Shown piece after piece: positions 17,336 to 26,677 of a stretch of DNA of 64,000 nucleotides; position 1 is the stretch's first letter, and every line of letters starts with the position of its first letter. The notes under the pieces are model-generated. The model ran no database searches and had not been told where the DNA came from. It was given only the letters and a program-made list of their open reading frames with translations. Where the stretch lies: NCBI GenBank assembly GCA_964475855.1, contig CAYZAV010000001.1, positions 211,987 through 275,986 of the forward strand, in the 5' to 3' direction. A program made the translations under genes and the position numbers. This DNA comes from an uncultured Candidatus Saccharibacteria bacterium. GTDB taxonomy: Bacteria > Patescibacteriota > Minisyncoccia > Minisyncoccales > Staskawiczbacteraceae.

Positions 17336-17582
17336 CAAGGTAATTTTTCAACATCTTTTTAATAGTCCTGAACCCCCAACCACTTTTTAAATATTTTTCC
17401 CTTTTCAAGGCATCCTTCTGGATAATGAAAGCTTCGTAAAATATGAGAGCATATGGACGAAATGGTTTTGTAGAAATATTATCGCCATTATTATGCTCCG
17501 ATAATCTTCTTTTTAAATCCTTAGTACATCCAATATAGAAACTATTGTTCTTTTTGCTTTGGAGTATATAAACGTAATGCAT
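17313..17582 (-). CDS. Small GIY-YIG nuclease family protein
   Basis: MHYVYILQS...SFYIGCTKDLKRRLSEHN (GIY-X-YIG plus R/E motifs). 89 aa. Overlaps the GT2 gene start by 23 nt. Confidence 0.85.
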   Translation of the reverse strand: MHYVYILQSKKNNSFYIGCTKDLKRRLSEHNNGDNISTKPFRPYALIFYEAFIIQKDALKREKYLKSGWGFRTIKKMLKNYLDEQIRLH

Positions 17583-17590
17583 ACTGTTGG

Positions 17591-17666
17591 CGACACGTAA
17601 TAAATTTTCTCTGAAAATTTACACGTGCCTGCAACGTAAAATTTGCTATGCAAATTTGTACGTTGC
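17591..17666 (+). repeat. tRNA-associated double-hairpin element, copy 1
   Basis: gacacgtaataaattttc..gaaaatttacacgtg plus gcaacgtaaaatttgc-tat-gcaaatttgtacgttgc. Homologous to 42826-42895 and 45079-45152. Abuts the tRNA-Glu 3' end. Confidence 0.7.
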
Positions 17667-17740
17667 GGTCCCACGGGGATTTGAACCCCGGTTACAAGAG
17701 TGAAAATCTTGTGTCCTAGACCAGGCTAGACGATGGGACC
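17666..17740 (-). tRNA. tRNA-Glu(UUC)
   Basis: Reverse complement GGTCCCA TC GTCT AGCCTGGTCT AGGAC...caaga-TTTTCAC-tcttg...GGTTCAAATCC. Confidence 0.9.
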
Positions 17741-17784
17741 AGATAAGCTAACTTCTACCCTAAAAATGAGAAAAAATCAAGTTT

Positions 17785-18489
17785 TTACCCATATATACCA
17801 ATAATAGCATTCCAGCGGATAGTCAGTAATTCCAGTAATGCATCAATCATTCCCCTTAGCTTTAGCTTGGTATCCTTTCCATCAGACCAAGCCACAGGTA
17901 CTTCTTTTATCAAAAAACCCTGTCGTTTGGCAATTAGCAACATTTCCACATCAAATGACCATCCATTGGCACGACACTGTGATAACACATTTTCTGTGGC
18001 AGTGTCGGTAAGTAACTTAAAACCACACTGGGTATCAGAAATGCCATACAACCCGGTAATGGTTTTTACCAGTAAAGAATAGAGTTTCCCCAAAACTCTG
18101 CGATGTAATGGCTGAGGCAGTACAACACTGCCGCCACGACGGGAACCTATGACCAAATCATGAGTTCCAACTTCTACCAGTAATTTTTCTACCTCGTTAA
18201 CGGGTGTTGCATTGTCAGCATCCATAAAAAGTCGGTACTGGCCGCGGGCCGCCAATAACCCTTGCCTGACCACAAACCCCTTGCCGTTATTTTCCTTGTT
18301 ATCAATAATGTTTAGATGTGGAATATTCAAGCTACGCACAACGGCCACCGTAGCATCAGTTGACCCGTCGCTAACCAAAATAATTTCGTACTCGTATGGT
18401 TGCGCTGCCAAATAAGCGCTGGTGGCTTCCAGGGTTTTTTCGATCCGTTTTTCTTCGTTATAGGCAGGGATAACAATAGAAAGATACAT
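17785..18489 (-). CDS. Family-2 glycosyltransferase (polyprenol-phosphate sugar synthase-like)
   Basis: LSIVIPAYNEEKRI, VSDGSTDAT, FMDADNATP (DxD). Confidence 0.8.
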   Translation of the reverse strand: MYLSIVIPAYNEEKRIEKTLEATSAYLAAQPYEYEIILVSDGSTDATVAVVRSLNIPHLNIIDNKENNGKGFVVRQGLLAARGQYRLFMDADNATPVNEVEKLLVEVGTHDLVIGSRRGGSVVLPQPLHRRVLGKLYSLLVKTITGLYGISDTQCGFKLLTDTATENVLSQCRANGWSFDVEMLLIAKRQGFLIKEVPVAWSDGKDTKLKLRGMIDALLELLTIRWNAIIGIYG

Positions 18490-18513
18490 AATTATAGGGT
18501 AGAATTACCTATT

Positions 18514-19974
18514 ATGAGTAAAAAGACGGTTGTATTACTGCTCGCCGCTATTATTACCCTTGCGGCATTTTTTCGGTTTTACCAACTTGATACATTGCCA
18601 CCCGGATTATACCCTGATGTGGCTATGAACGGGAACAACGCCATTGAAGCTTGGGAAACGGGAAACTTCAAAGTCTTTTATCCCGAAAACGGGGGTAGAG
18701 AGGGACTTTTTATCAATCTGCAGGCGCTTTTTATTGCGGTTTTTGGAAAAACTGTGTTGGCGCTAAAAATCCCTGCAGCAATTATTGGCATTCTAACCGT
18801 GCTTGGCACGTATTTTCTAGCTCGGTCGCTATTTAACGCCCCCATCGGTTTGCTTTCCAGTTTTTTCCTGGCTGTTTCATTTTGGCACGTGCATTTTTCC
18901 AGAATCGGTTTTCGCGCCATCGTGGCGCCCCTGATACTGGTTTGGATGCTGTACTTTTTATGGCAAGCGCTCAACCATGGAAAATACCGTGATTTTATTA
19001 TTGCTGGTGGATTGATGGGCCTTGGAATGTACACCTACATCAGCTTTCGCATCATTCCGTTGGCGGTGGCGGCAGTTATCATATTATATCTTTATTTTTT
19101 AAAAAAGAATACCGAAATCATCCCTGGTCGAAGAAACATCTTGAAGGGCAGTTTTTTATTCGGCATTGCCGTGGCCATCGCTTGCTTACCATTGCTGTAT
19201 TATTTTTACCTCCACCCCGGGGATTTTTCTGATCGGGCCAGCCAGGTATCTATTTTCAGTTCTTCAAATATGGTAGCGCAATTTATCGTAAACTGGATTT
19301 TAACCCTGGGAATGTTTAATATTATTGGAGACTTAAACTGGCGCCATAATATTTCAGGTGCGCCATTGCTTGTGTGGCCGGTGGGAATATTCTTTATCAT
19401 CGGATTTTTCAAAAATATTGGCTCGCTGGTAACTGGCCGTTTCCTGCGCGATAAAAGTACTCTTGGCCAAGCAGTCCTCTTAGCAGTTTTTTTAATCAGT
19501 TTGCTGCCCGTCACACTTTCCAACGAAGGGCTTCCCCATGCTTTGCGTAGCCTCATGGTTGCCCCCCTGGTTATGATTATGGCCGCTGCCGGTTTCTGGT
19601 GGCTTTTCAAAAAAATACCTGAAACACCAAAAATTGCCACTCCCTTGGCATTATCGCTCCTAGTAATTATAGCTGGCATGGAATACAGTCGCTATTTCAT
19701 CCAATGGGCACGTGACCCAAGCATTGCCGAATCTTTCACGCAGCAATATGTTGATGCCGCCAACCAAATTAATCAACTGCCACTTGGCAAAGATATCTGC
19801 GTAGTTATTTACGCTAACGGCGCACTGATAAACAATATCCCTATGCCTGCCCAAACCGTCATGTATTTGACGGACACGTATTCCCAAGAAAAACAGCAGG
19901 CAAAACACATTTCGTATGTAATAGAAGAAGTAAACCAATGCGATAAAGATAGCACAATAATCCCACTATACTAA
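18514..19974 (+). CDS. GT-C fold glycosyltransferase (ArnT/PMT family 39/83-like)
   Basis: ATG at 18514 (the track start at 18400 overlaps the divergent gene). Polytopic. N-terminal FFRFYQLDTLPPGLYPDVAMNG loop is typical of ArnT/PMT_2. Confidence 0.65.
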   Translation: MSKKTVVLLLAAIITLAAFFRFYQLDTLPPGLYPDVAMNGNNAIEAWETGNFKVFYPENGGREGLFINLQALFIAVFGKTVLALKIPAAIIGILTVLGTYFLARSLFNAPIGLLSSFFLAVSFWHVHFSRIGFRAIVAPLILVWMLYFLWQALNHGKYRDFIIAGGLMGLGMYTYISFRIIPLAVAAVIILYLYFLKKNTEIIPGRRNILKGSFLFGIAVAIACLPLLYYFYLHPGDFSDRASQVSIFSSSNMVAQFIVNWILTLGMFNIIGDLNWRHNISGAPLLVWPVGIFFIIGFFKNIGSLVTGRFLRDKSTLGQAVLLAVFLISLLPVTLSNEGLPHALRSLMVAPLVMIMAAAGFWWLFKKIPETPKIATPLALSLLVIIAGMEYSRYFIQWARDPSIAESFTQQYVDAANQINQLPLGKDICVVIYANGALINNIPMPAQTVMYLTDTYSQEKQQAKHISYVIEEVNQCDKDSTIIPLY

Positions 19975-19990
19975 TATGGCAAAATTCTTA

Positions 19991-21625
19991 TCAATCAACT
20001 GCGTAAATGGCAACCGAACTGTTTTGGAATACCTTTGTTAAAAAAGCATCATCGTCCGGATTGAAATGGGCTTTCTTTTTTTCTTCCGGCCCGAAAAATA
20101 TATGGGTAATGCCATACTGCTTCAATATTGCCTCGCGTTCCGGGGCAGAACTTTTTTCGAAAAAGTAATCAACGGCCGCCCGTTTTTGGATAAAATGCGC
20201 CGTTTCATGGCCATGGCCAAGAAATACCTGCTTCACGGAAAAGGCGGGAATCAAGTTTCCATTCTCCAGCAAAGAAAGTATTGCACTGTTTTCCGGGACG
20301 TCTTTAAGCCAGCGCATTGCCTGTAGCTTATCGTCGGAAATATAAAAGTACATATTGCCTTGTTGATACATTGCCATATCGTTAACCAACACAAAAACGC
20401 TGGAAAAACAAAATAAGAAAATTAGCGCCAAACCGATAAAAAACCTGACGGGGAAGTCCTTAAAAAACTGGCCGTATCGCATAACGGCTTTTTGGAAAAA
20501 TGGCTTTTGCCACAAAAAATCTTTCAGAAAAAAGAGGCCACACACTACTAGCAGTACCATAGGAATTTGCAGACCCTCAACCAGCCGCTGTTGGGTTTTG
20601 ATGGGTAAATAAATCAGGCAGCTTTGGGTAAAAAACCAGACTAACAAAAAAATATCGGCAATGGTTTTATCCTTCTTTTTAAAAATCGTAAAAGACCCCA
20701 AAAGTGCTAACGGCAAAAGAAGGCCGTAACTCATGACAGTTATCAAGATATTAGGTGTCAGCGTAATATTTTGCAGGGAATGTTGGTACATGGCCGGAAT
20801 ATTGGCAATGGCCCATGCATAGTATAAAACCGGGGGTAAAGAAAAAAGTCCCATAATCACCATATGCAAAATACGGCGTACATTAATTCGTTTTTCTTTT
20901 ATGGCAAGTACCAGGGCCATCATACCAAGCACACCAAAAACGGTGGGCACATGGTAGGGATGAAATGAAAACAAAACAAAGGCAGATACAGCAGCCAAAA
21001 AAGTATATTTATAGCGATACGATGTAAATGCCAGCAAAGAAAAAACAAATATCAATATGATCAGCACCAGTGAAGCGACAAAATTGGGTTGGGCGTATAG
21101 GGACAAAAATGCAAAAGCCTCTGGCACATTAATGTCCAGGATGCTGGCCACATCAGTATGGAGCAGATTAAGCGCCACCAGCGCCAGCCAGCCCCAACCC
21201 GAAGCAAATACCAACAACAGAAAATAGATTTTCCTTTTGACGATATCCTGTAAAAAAAATGTCCCCAGCCAATAGGCAGTAGCCAAAAAAACAGGAATAA
21301 GCGCCAGTCGGGCCAATTGGTAGGCCGCAAAAGCCGGCAGTGAAAACAATTTGGCAAACCAGCCGACCATCAGCCAAAATGGGCTGATGACGCCCACTGC
21401 CTGCGCCTCGGATGTGAAAAGATATTTCAAAAACACCTGGCCGGCTTTTACCTGTTCTATTTTAGAATAGTACACCGCAATATCAAAAGCATTATTATTG
21501 GAACGGAACAAAAATGTGGTTTGCGGCGGGGCAGAAAAATACCCAAAAACGAGCGGTAAAGAGGTAAGTAATACCACCGCCACACCCACCCAACCCACAA
21601 ATTTCCATTCCTGCTTAGTAATCAC
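19991..21625 (-). CDS. Large polytopic membrane protein (possible GT-C-like glycosyltransferase)
   Basis: 544 aa with more than 10 predicted TM helices and a soluble C-terminal domain. GTG start overlaps the upstream stop by 4 nt. Confidence 0.6.
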   Translation of the reverse strand: MITKQEWKFVGWVGVAVVLLTSLPLVFGYFSAPPQTTFLFRSNNNAFDIAVYYSKIEQVKAGQVFLKYLFTSEAQAVGVISPFWLMVGWFAKLFSLPAFAAYQLARLALIPVFLATAYWLGTFFLQDIVKRKIYFLLLVFASGWGWLALVALNLLHTDVASILDINVPEAFAFLSLYAQPNFVASLVLIILIFVFSLLAFTSYRYKYTFLAAVSAFVLFSFHPYHVPTVFGVLGMMALVLAIKEKRINVRRILHMVIMGLFSLPPVLYYAWAIANIPAMYQHSLQNITLTPNILITVMSYGLLLPLALLGSFTIFKKKDKTIADIFLLVWFFTQSCLIYLPIKTQQRLVEGLQIPMVLLVVCGLFFLKDFLWQKPFFQKAVMRYGQFFKDFPVRFFIGLALIFLFCFSSVFVLVNDMAMYQQGNMYFYISDDKLQAMRWLKDVPENSAILSLLENGNLIPAFSVKQVFLGHGHETAHFIQKRAAVDYFFEKSSAPEREAILKQYGITHIFFGPEEKKKAHFNPDDDAFLTKVFQNSSVAIYAVD

Positions 21626-23130
21626 GGTTTTCGCAGTATTATAATCGCCTCGTCTTCATAGGCAGTAGTAAAACCAAGTTTGAGCAATCCATTGTATAAA
21701 GCGCCATTTTTGATAGATGCCTGGATAACGGCAATCCTAATATCATAGGTTTTCAGGGTTTTTTCAAAGCCTTCTTTTACTTCGGTAATTTCAATATAGT
21801 CTTTGAAGGCAAACCGGCCGTTGTGGCCTGCCTCATTGGCAGGCAGGCGCCAGCTTGGCATGCGGCCATCAATAAACACTTTGCGTTCGGGCAGTTTCCA
21901 AATCAAATATCCGCCAAAGGTGTAATCATTGAGCATATTTTCCGAAAGGGGCAACGTTTTCAAAAATGAGATGGCTTTTTCCGGATAAAAAGCTGTTTTT
22001 TGTGCGGCAACGGCTTGGCTTACTGCCTGGCTGGCATACACCGCAAGACAAATTACCACAGCCAGCGGTGGCACTAAAAAGATACCCTTATTAACCAGTG
22101 AAAAACTGCCGAACAGTTGTTTTAATTTTTTACTATCAATCTGGATGCCATCGACAAGAGAGACCAGTACCGGCAGTGAGACAATGACAAAAACTAAAAA
22201 ATACCTGATACTAGAAAGCGACAGTAAAAAGAAGGCCGTGACCAGCACTAATTTAGTAAAATCTATTTTTTTGTAAAACAGCGCTATAGACGCCACCAAG
22301 ATGGCAAGATACAAATATATCAGTGGCTTAAAACCCATCAAAAAGAGGGGGAACCATTCCGTGATATGGAATTTTAAATAGCTGTCGCCAATGGTACGGA
22401 ACAATTCTTCATAAATACGGATACCATAGGGGTTCGCCAATGTTATCAAGCAACAAAGCAAGGTGATGCCGGCCAGTTGCCATATTTTTTGGGAAGGCTG
22501 TTCCTGGATCTGGAAGTTTTTTAGAAACGCCAGCGACTTTATTTCCCTTAGACGAGGCAGTATTTTTTTAAACACTTCGCAAACTAAAATAACGCATAGT
22601 ATAAAAAGTCCGGCAAAAAAACTGGCGTGTAAATTAACCCAAGTTAAAAATAGCAGGGGCAACAACCAGACCAATTTTGAATTTTCCCCTAAAAATGCAT
22701 CCAGTAGCCACATCAGCAAGGCAACAAAAAAAACGGTAAACAGCTGTGGCCGGAGGCCCAGAAATTCGGTGGTTGCCAAAAACCCCAGTGCCACCGGCAG
22801 GGCAAATGCCAAAAAATGCTTCGGCTTTTGAATGATAAAAAAAGAAGTGGTATAAAAAACCAGAAATACCAGCAAAAGGCCGTACATACCAATGGCCGAA
22901 TAGATCCAATACATGAAAATATCCATCAGCCATTCATGGTTAACCCAGGGAAAATTGGGCATGCTGAAAGAATACCAATCCTGGTAGGGAATGCCGCGTT
23001 CTAAAATAAGTTCACCGCTTTTTATGTGCCAGCCGAAATCAGGGTCAAGTAAATTATACGTAAGCCCAAAAGCAATGGTGACCAGTAAGACAAAAAATAA
23101 GAAATAGGGAAGATAAGACTTTAGTTGCAT
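21622..23130 (-). CDS. Large polytopic membrane protein (possible GT-C-like glycosyltransferase)
   Basis: 502 aa, multi-TM, with a soluble C-terminal domain. Translationally coupled to 19991-21625. Confidence 0.6.
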   Translation of the reverse strand: MQLKSYLPYFLFFVLLVTIAFGLTYNLLDPDFGWHIKSGELILERGIPYQDWYSFSMPNFPWVNHEWLMDIFMYWIYSAIGMYGLLLVFLVFYTTSFFIIQKPKHFLAFALPVALGFLATTEFLGLRPQLFTVFFVALLMWLLDAFLGENSKLVWLLPLLFLTWVNLHASFFAGLFILCVILVCEVFKKILPRLREIKSLAFLKNFQIQEQPSQKIWQLAGITLLCCLITLANPYGIRIYEELFRTIGDSYLKFHITEWFPLFLMGFKPLIYLYLAILVASIALFYKKIDFTKLVLVTAFFLLSLSSIRYFLVFVIVSLPVLVSLVDGIQIDSKKLKQLFGSFSLVNKGIFLVPPLAVVICLAVYASQAVSQAVAAQKTAFYPEKAISFLKTLPLSENMLNDYTFGGYLIWKLPERKVFIDGRMPSWRLPANEAGHNGRFAFKDYIEITEVKEGFEKTLKTYDIRIAVIQASIKNGALYNGLLKLGFTTAYEDEAIIILRKP

Positions 23131-23157
23131 TGTTACATGGTATCATGTATTGTGGGG

Positions 23158-23421
23158 TTAAGAAATACATTAGAACTAGTTTTAGAAGCCAAACAATGAG
23201 ATGATTTCAAGGCGCGGCGAGGAGGCATAGCCGTAGGCTACGCCGACGAAGCCGTAACGCAGAAATCAGCCGTTGTTTGGCTTCCCTCTGGGCGGGTGAA
23301 TTCAGGCAAGCTTCTTCGTTACTTCGGATCGAACAATACCTCCGGCATTAAATTCGATCCTCGCTCCTTGAATCTTGCCTGAATTCGCAACCGCTAAAAC
23401 TAGCTCTAATGTATTTCTTAA
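23158..23421. mobile_element. MITE-like or structured element with 28-nt terminal inverted repeats and two long internal hairpins
   Basis: Left ttaagaaatacattagaactagttttag (23158-23185) versus the reverse complement of the right end (23394-23421) gives 27/28 identity. Internal stems are gaagccaaacaa/ttgtttggcttc and gaattcaggcaag/cttgcctgaattc. Confidence 0.65.
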
Positions 23422-23431
23422 CCCTGAGGAC

Positions 23432-24592
23432 ATGAAAATACTGGCCATAGAAACATCGTGCGATGATACGGCGGTAGCTATTCTAGGGGCTAGGGGACAG
23501 GGTTTAGCTTCTAGCTTCGAAGTTTTGGCTAATATTGTATCATCGCAAACTATCCACCAAAATTACGGGGGCGTTTTTCCGATTATGGCGAAGAGGGAAC
23601 ACCAGGCCAATTTGGTTCCTGTTTTAATGTCTGCATTAAAGCAGGCTAAATTAGCAAATCCGAAATCCGAAGCACGAAATCCGAAACAAATCGAAAATTC
23701 AAAATTAGAAACGCTAAAGAAAATATTTGAAAAAGAAGATAAACTGTTTGAATTTACTAAAGAATTTTTAGAGAAATATGAAAAACCGGATATAGACTAT
23801 ATCGCTGTCACGCATGGGCCGGGGCTTGAGCCGTGCCTTTGGGTAGGCGTAAATTTTGCCAAAGCTCTTTCCTATATATGGGATATTCCGGTAATTCCAG
23901 TAAACCATATTGAAGCCCATATACTTGTTAACTTCATGGAACATGAAACATGGAACATGAAACAAACATTCCCGGCGATTTCCCTGATAGTTTCTGGCGG
24001 GCATACGCAATTAATCTTAGTGAAAAAAATCGGGGAGTATGAAATCATCGGCGAAACGCTGGATGATGCTGCCGGGGAATGTTTTGACAAAGCAGCCCGG
24101 ATTTTGGGATTAGGCTATCCTGGTGGACCCATAATCTCAAAAATCGCCGCACAGCAAAAAACCAGCAGCTTTGAGCTGCCGCGACCGATGATGCATTCAA
24201 AAGATTATAACTTCAGTTTTTCTGGGTTAAAAACGGCGGTTCTTTACAAAGTCCGCGATGAAAAAATGACGGAAATATTTAAAAACGAACTATGTGTTGC
24301 TGTGCAAGATGCTATTGTTGATGTGCTTATAAAAAAAACACTGCAAGTGGCAAAGGATTTTAAGGCAAGAAGTATCATTTTGGGTGGGGGCGTTTCGGCG
24401 AACATTGAATTGCGTAGGAAATTCAGCGAGAAGTTGGAAGCTAGCAGCTTAGAGTTAGCATTACTGGTACCACCAAAAAAATTAAGTACCGATAATGCAT
24501 TAATGATTGCCGTGGCCGCGTATTTTAATCAAACAAAAAAAATCGTGTGGCAGAAGTTATCTGTCAGCGCGAATTTGAGAATTGGCCAATAA
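23432..24592 (+). CDS. tsaD: tRNA N6-adenosine threonylcarbamoyltransferase TsaD
   Basis: MKILAIETSCDDTAVAI, VNHIEAH, SGGHTQL, GGVSAN. ATG at 23432 with a GAGGA RBS; the track start at 23375 lies inside the TIR element. Confidence 0.9.
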   Translation: MKILAIETSCDDTAVAILGARGQGLASSFEVLANIVSSQTIHQNYGGVFPIMAKREHQANLVPVLMSALKQAKLANPKSEARNPKQIENSKLETLKKIFEKEDKLFEFTKEFLEKYEKPDIDYIAVTHGPGLEPCLWVGVNFAKALSYIWDIPVIPVNHIEAHILVNFMEHETWNMKQTFPAISLIVSGGHTQLILVKKIGEYEIIGETLDDAAGECFDKAARILGLGYPGGPIISKIAAQQKTSSFELPRPMMHSKDYNFSFSGLKTAVLYKVRDEKMTEIFKNELCVAVQDAIVDVLIKKTLQVAKDFKARSIILGGGVSANIELRRKFSEKLEASSLELALLVPPKKLSTDNALMIAVAAYFNQTKKIVWQKLSVSANLRIGQ

Positions 24593-24609
24593 TTTGTTAA
24601 AATCACTCA

Positions 24610-26676
24610 ATGAACCTCGAAGGTCAGTATGACGCCAAAAAGGTAGAAGACAAGATTTACAAGCTGTGGGAGGACAGCGGTTTTTTTAATCCTGACAATT
24701 TGCCTAAACCCTATACCCTAGACCCTAAACCCTTCACTATAATTATGCCGCCAGCTAACGCTAATGGAAACTTGCATGCGGGACATGCGCTAGTGATGAC
24801 TATTGAAGATATTATGGCCCGCTACAAGCGTATGCAGGGGTTTAAAACGCTATGGCTGCCGGGACTTGACCACGCCGGTTTTGAAACCCAGGTGGTGTAT
24901 GAAAAAAAACTGGAAAAAGAGGGGCGTAGCCGTTTTGGCATGGATCCAAAGCAACTGTATGACGAAATTATGCAGTTTACGCTGGAAAATAAAAAAAATA
25001 TTGAGGGGCAAATCCGCAAAATGGGGGCTTCGTGTGATTGGAGCCGGGAAAAGTTTACGTTAGACCCCGATATTATTGAAACCGTGTATGGAACGTTTGA
25101 AAAACTGAAAAAAGATGGGCTGGTGTACCGTGGCACAAAAATTGTTAATTGGTGTGTTAAACACCAAACTTCCCTTTCTGATTTGGAAACCAAAGACACG
25201 GAAAAAGTTGATAAATTATATTACTTAAAATACGGGCCTTTTGTGATTGCCACGGCGCGGCCGGAAACCAAGTTTGGCGATAAATACGTGGTAATGCACC
25301 CAAATGACCCACGGTACGCCGATTATTCTGCGGGGCAGAAAATAGCACTGGAATGGATTAACGGCCCCATTGAGGCTACGGTGATCAAAGACGAGGCTAT
25401 AGAAATGGAATTTGGCACGGGCGTGATGACCATTACCCCGTGGCACGATGCCGTGGATTTTGGCATTGCAGAGAAACATAATTTGGATAAGCAGCAGATT
25501 ATTGATTTTTATGGCAAATTATTGCCGGTAGCAGGAGAATTTGCAGGCATGAAAATTACCGAAGCCCGCGGAAAAATTGTGGCCAAATTGCAAGAAAAAG
25601 GGCTGGTGGAAAAAATTGAGGAAAACTACAAACACGTGGTTAAAACCTGTTACAAATGCGACAATTTGATTGAACCGCAAATCAAAGAGCAATGGTTTTT
25701 GAAAATGGAGCCATTGGCCAAGCCGATAATAAAGGCTATTAAAGCCGGCAAGGTAAAATTCATTCCCGAACACTACGAAAAAATTTCGTTACACTGGCTG
25801 GAAAACATTATGGATTGGCCACTAAGCCGGCAGATTGCGTGGGGGATTCCGATTCCTGCCTCATCGGCAGGCAGGCCTGGTGAACTCGAAACCTTTGACA
25901 CTTGGTTTTCTTCCGGGCAATGGCCCTTCGCTACGCTCAAGGCAGGCCAAAAGGATGATTTTGAAACCTTCTACCCTACTGACGTGATGGAAACCGCAGG
26001 AGAAATCATCTTTTTCTGGGTGGCGCGCATGATGATGCTGGGGTTTTATATGACCGGAAAATTGCCGTTTAAAACGGTGTATTTGCATGGGTTAGTGTTG
26101 GATGCCAAGGGTCAGAAAATGTCTAAAAGCAAAGGAAATGTGATCAATCCCTTAGATTTGATTGAAAAATATGGCACGGATGCGCTGCGCATTGCCCTGA
26201 TTATTGGAAATACTCCGGGCACTCCCCTGGCGCTAGATGAAAACAAGATCAAAGGCTACCGAAACTTCGCCAACAAAATTTGGAATGCATCAAAGTTTGT
26301 TCTGATGAATGTGGAAAAGGTTACAGAAGATGCAAAGGTGACAAAAGAGACAAAAGTAAAGCTGACTGCCGCGCACAAAGCGCATTTAAAAAATCTGAAA
26401 AAAATACAGAAAGAAGTCACCATATTGATGGATGATTTTAAATTCTACCAGGCCGCCGAAACTATCTACCATTATTTCTGGCATGAGTTTTGTGATAAGA
26501 TTATAGAAGAAAGCAAAGCAAGTATCAGTGAAGCTGGTACTCAACACATGCTACGCGAAATTTTAACACAGTCGCTGAAAATGCTGCACCCCTTCATGCC
26601 ATTTATTACTGAAGAAATCTGGCAGCAAATGTCCGGTAAAAAAACTATGCTCATGGTCCAGGAGTGGCCAAAATAA
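24610..26676 (+). CDS. valS: Valine--tRNA ligase (short form, 688 aa)
   Basis: PPANANGNLHAGHAL (HIGH), TARPET/GTGVMTITPWHD editing domain, KMSKSKGNVI. Lacks the C-terminal coiled coil. Confidence 0.85.
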   Translation: MNLEGQYDAKKVEDKIYKLWEDSGFFNPDNLPKPYTLDPKPFTIIMPPANANGNLHAGHALVMTIEDIMARYKRMQGFKTLWLPGLDHAGFETQVVYEKKLEKEGRSRFGMDPKQLYDEIMQFTLENKKNIEGQIRKMGASCDWSREKFTLDPDIIETVYGTFEKLKKDGLVYRGTKIVNWCVKHQTSLSDLETKDTEKVDKLYYLKYGPFVIATARPETKFGDKYVVMHPNDPRYADYSAGQKIALEWINGPIEATVIKDEAIEMEFGTGVMTITPWHDAVDFGIAEKHNLDKQQIIDFYGKLLPVAGEFAGMKITEARGKIVAKLQEKGLVEKIEENYKHVVKTCYKCDNLIEPQIKEQWFLKMEPLAKPIIKAIKAGKVKFIPEHYEKISLHWLENIMDWPLSRQIAWGIPIPASSAGRPGELETFDTWFSSGQWPFATLKAGQKDDFETFYPTDVMETAGEIIFFWVARMMMLGFYMTGKLPFKTVYLHGLVLDAKGQKMSKSKGNVINPLDLIEKYGTDALRIALIIGNTPGTPLALDENKIKGYRNFANKIWNASKFVLMNVEKVTEDAKVTKETKVKLTAAHKAHLKNLKKIQKEVTILMDDFKFYQAAETIYHYFWHEFCDKIIEESKASISEAGTQHMLREILTQSLKMLHPFMPFITEEIWQQMSGKKTMLMVQEWPK

Positions 26677-26677
26677 C

